A DNA stretch of 37,383 nt from positions 1-37,383 of the IMG/VR virus record IMGVR_UViG_3300005573_000180; one strand, written 5' to 3'. Below, one piece after another: positions 35,351 to 37,383 of the stretch. The DNA comes from a virus. Lineage: Duplodnaviria > Caudoviricetes. The notes beneath the pieces were generated by a model. That model was not told where the DNA came from. It did not search any database and saw only the letters and a list, made by a program, of their open reading frames with translations. The position numbers were made by a program, and so were the translations under genes. How positions within the stretch are numbered: position 1 is the stretch's first letter; each line of letters begins with the position of its first letter.

Positions 35351-36775
35351 ATGCGCGCCGTGATCGTCGCCGCCGTCTCTACGGCGGGCCAAGCCCAAGA
35401 GGATAAATATTCCATCCCCCAGCAGCTCGCTGCCTGTCGCGAGGTCTGCACCCTGCGCGGCTGGCAGGTCGTCTCCGAGATCGTCATCCCCGGCCATTCG
35501 CGCAACTATAACTGGCTGGATGAACTCTGCACCGATTGTCCGGAGTATGCCCAGCTCATGAAGACCATCCGCTCGGGGGCGATAGACCTGGTGATCGTGC
35601 GCGATTACGACCGCCTCTGGCGCACGGATGCCCTTCGCGCTCAGGTCATGGCCGTGTGCCGCGAGCACAAGGTCCAGGTCTTCTCCCTCAACCAGCCCGT
35701 GGAGCCCGTCTCCCCCGACCTCCTGGACGCCCACGACACAGCCAAGCTCTCAGAGGTATTGTTCGGCTTCATCTCCGAGCAGGAGAACCGCACCCGCGTA
35801 CGCCGTTGGCGCGCCGGCATGGAGGGGCGTTGGCGGCGGGGATTGCATGGAGCGGTCCTCGTCATCCCCTACGGTTACAAACGCAACCCCGACAAAAACG
35901 GCCCCATGCTCGTAGATGAACCGCGCGCGCGTTGGGTGCGCCAGATATACGCCTGGCGACTGGCCGGTTATACCTATCGCCATATCGCCATACGACTCAA
36001 CGAACTGGGGGTTAAACCCCCGAGGGGGAAGGAATGGTATGATTGCTCTGTGCGTTTCATCTTGACCAACCCCACCTACTGCGGCCTGGCCGCGTGGCAG
36101 GGGCAGATGCGCCCAGGCCTTCACGAGCCGATCATCTCCGAGGATGTTTGGCGACAAGCTCAGGCAATACACTCCAGGCCCAGCTATCGCTACGCGCCCC
36201 ATAGCGTCCTCTCCGGCCTCTTGCGCTGTGGCTACTGTGGCGGGGCGTGCTGCTTCCAGCGCAAGAACAAAAACCGCTGGTACGCTCAATGTACGCGCTA
36301 CACGGCGAGCGGCGGGCGTAAATGCCGCTATAACGCTCATTATGAGGATAGGCTCCTTCCCGCCGTGCTCGCCGAGGTCAAACGCGTCCTCCGCGACCCC
36401 GCCGCCTGGCAAGCTGCGCTCAACGAGGATGACCATCAAGAGACGGAGATCGCCGCGCTAGAGGCGGAGATCGCCGAATACGAGCGCCGCTGGCAGCGTT
36501 GGGACCGTCTCTATGAGATCGGCTCCATCGACGCCGAGGAGCTGCTCCGCCACCGCCAGGAGCTGCTCGGCGATGCCGAACGCGCCCGCCAACGTCTAGA
36601 GGAGCTCCGCGCGGAACAGTCCCTGCGCGCCGCCAAGGAGAAGCAGTACGCCGAGCTGGCTCAAGTGGTAGACAACCTGGACACGCTTCCTTTTGACGAC
36701 CTTCGCGCCGTACTACACGCGCTCATCCGCTGTATCGTGCTCACCCGCGAGGGCTTCCGCATCGAGTGGTGGTAA
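35351..36775 (+). CDS. Large serine recombinase (integrase)
   Basis: VST..Q, SIPQQ, DRLWR, recombinase domain PYGY/ILTNPTYCG/HEPII, zinc ribbon LSGLLRCGYCG, coiled coil. Confidence 0.93.
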   Translation: MRAVIVAAVSTAGQAQEDKYSIPQQLAACREVCTLRGWQVVSEIVIPGHSRNYNWLDELCTDCPEYAQLMKTIRSGAIDLVIVRDYDRLWRTDALRAQVMAVCREHKVQVFSLNQPVEPVSPDLLDAHDTAKLSEVLFGFISEQENRTRVRRWRAGMEGRWRRGLHGAVLVIPYGYKRNPDKNGPMLVDEPRARWVRQIYAWRLAGYTYRHIAIRLNELGVKPPRGKEWYDCSVRFILTNPTYCGLAAWQGQMRPGLHEPIISEDVWRQAQAIHSRPSYRYAPHSVLSGLLRCGYCGGACCFQRKNKNRWYAQCTRYTASGGRKCRYNAHYEDRLLPAVLAEVKRVLRDPAAWQAALNEDDHQETEIAALEAEIAEYERRWQRWDRLYEIGSIDAEELLRHRQELLGDAERARQRLEELRAEQSLRAAKEKQYAELAQVVDNLDTLPFDDLRAVLHALIRCIVLTREGFRIEWW

Positions 36776-36809
36776 TAAACCAAGGATTCTCCTGATAATG
36801 CATATTCAA

Positions 36810-37034
36810 TTATCCTGCGCGTCGCCTCTTAAACACATATTGCGTCTCCCAGTTGATCGCCTCAACCGGCATTTCCATAAGCTCCGCGAAGCGGCGCTTC
36901 AGTACGTCCGTCCAGGCGCGCTTACCGGCGAGCAACAACGACAAGTAGCTCGGAGTGATCCGTAATCTCCGAGCTACGAAAACATGTTTCAGCCCCCGGT
37001 CATCTAGGATGTCACGCGGCTTCAGGAGCTCCAT
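36810..37034 (-). CDS. Second Cro-like HTH protein
   Basis: VARRLRITPSYLSLLLAGKRAWT; clear similarity to 33671-33907. Confidence 0.8.
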   Translation of the reverse strand: MELLKPRDILDDRGLKHVFVARRLRITPSYLSLLLAGKRAWTDVLKRRFAELMEMPVEAINWETQYVFKRRRAG

Positions 37035-37036
37035 AT

Positions 37037-37264
37037 CTACAAAACCCTGATTAACCTCGCAATGAGCAACTTGTGATCGTGATCATCATACCACGCGGGT
37101 ACATCGGATTCCGGATTGTTCCGCCAGTCGTCGGCCAGTTCCCGTGCCAGCGTCTCTAAACTGCCATATGCGTCCTTGATGTCGCTGGTGATGGACATGG
37201 CGAGTTCGTTCGCTAACTCGTAAATCGCATTAACCTGCCGCACCCGATCCTCTCCCTGATACAT
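37037..37264 (-). CDS. Hypothetical protein
   Basis: 75 aa ORF with AGGAGG RBS. Confidence 0.6.
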   Translation of the reverse strand: MYQGEDRVRQVNAIYELANELAMSITSDIKDAYGSLETLARELADDWRNNPESDVPAWYDDHDHKLLIARLIRVL

Positions 37265-37308
37265 CTCAACCTCCTCTCTTTTTTGGGGCTCCCCTTGGCC
37301 TCACCCCT

Positions 37309-37334
37309 CCGCGCATGAGGCAACTCATGCGCGG
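37309..37334. repeat. Perfect inverted repeat / hairpin
   Basis: ccgcgcatgag-gcaa-ctcatgcgcgg (11-bp arms). Confidence 0.8.
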
Positions 37335-37383
37335 TTGGCTGGGGTCAATCGGACATCCGATCGTAACACTCCTCACAGGCTGT

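Larger units (their letters stand above)
1..37383. mobile_element. Temperate tailed phage / prophage (siphovirus-like); boundaries not visible in window
   Basis: Complete ordered modules: serine integrase, CI/Cro, recombination/replication, terminase-portal-capsid, tail tube, tape measure, fibres. No host housekeeping genes or att sites were recognised. Confidence 0.95.

Overview
A GC-rich, temperate, siphovirus-like phage/prophage segment. The host is plausibly Chloroflexota, inferred only from protein style such as PTYTPYPT repeats. Almost all genes are on the minus strand. Reading right to left: large serine integrase, membrane protein and CI/Cro switch (33.7-36.8 kb); an early operon with a Rad52/Sak-type annealing protein, replication initiator with internal origin, helicase loader, LmbU-like regulator and endonuclease (25-33.6 kb); DNA methyltransferase, terminase, portal, head genes, head-tail joining genes, tail tube, frameshifted tail chaperones, tape measure, distal tail and fibre genes (0.3-25 kb). 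The standout element sits in the early operon. It is a ~1 kb array of ~28 36-nt units with two alternating conserved 9-mers separated by unique ~9-nt spacers (28801-29816), directly downstream of and overlapping a nuclease-less IS110/Nop-domain gene (29725-30609). This matches a TIGR-Tas (TasA-type) RNA-guided system. Also notable are a glycosyltransferase/acetyltransferase/methyltransferase cassette embedded among virion genes, an apparently circularly permuted HK97-gp10-like protein, an integrase with a non-canonical active-site motif and a second Cro paralogue beyond the integrase. All calls are by-eye motif recognition; no database searches were run.
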